Shown here one piece after another: positions 36,282 through 36,425 of a stretch of DNA of 36,425 nt; positions within the stretch are counted from its first letter, which is position 1, and each line of letters starts with the position of its first letter. The stretch covers positions 1 to 36,425 of the forward strand of contig JACRCW010000110.1 in NCBI GenBank assembly GCA_016218805.1. The letters are read 5' to 3'. The translations under genes were made by a program, and so were the position numbers. The notes below the pieces were generated by a model that was not told the origin of the DNA, made no database searches, and was given only the letters and a program-made list of their open reading frames with translations. The stretch is from Deltaproteobacteria bacterium. Its GTDB lineage: Bacteria; Myxococcota; JACRCW01.

Positions 36282-36425
36282 CCCGGTACTTGATTAGCGG
36301 CCCCGTCGGCTCCGGGCTTGCCTGGCTCGAAATGCGGCGCGGCGATGTGTCCAATGGAGGCTGGGAGCGGGCCCGTGGTTGGGGGGTCCACTCCTGTTGG
36401 CACGGGATGCCGAGCCGGCGGCGTG

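Noticed and set aside
1..36425. tRNA, rRNA, transposase or integrase genes
   Set aside because: None recognisable by eye; tRNAscan-SE, Infernal and ISEScan would be needed to exclude divergent ones.

Overview
High-GC chromosomal window whose gene content looks Myxococcota/deltaproteobacterial. This is inferred from family resemblance (PilZ/TIGR02266-like, DUF4388, TsaP-like and Crp-PDE genes); no database search was run. Housekeeping and envelope genes: coaE-crp-pde-accD-folC-AMIN-lptD (minus strand), tetraheme cytochrome c-resB, GH57, hslV-epmA, ybgF-like, tsaP-like, ACP, a multidomain signalling gene, an NTT-HEAT transporter, a PilZ protein, a trypsin-like protease, an HD protein, an FAH-like protein and rsgA. 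Interspersed accessory or decaying DNA: a frameshifted XRE-ImmA gene with a PIN-like stub, an orphan nucleotidyltransferase, a frameshifted Uma2 and a DUF6895-like gene. Non-coding structure is rich: a GTAG-type REP family, an 81-bp REP-derived tandem array bracketed by ~155-bp direct repeats, a 22-bp inverted array, a 21-bp G-run array and long hairpins. The best leads are (1) an unannotated leader peptide with switchable hairpins upstream of rsgA, (2) a pseudokinase-MshEN-pseudoreceiver-DUF4388 hub downstream of the tsaP-like gene, (3) a class II phosphodiesterase that has lost two His ligands of HxHxDH and sits next to a Crp regulator, (4) the REP-derived composite array, and (5) TCGA avoidance in native genes that marks foreign genes. 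No rRNA, tRNA or CRISPR array was recognised.
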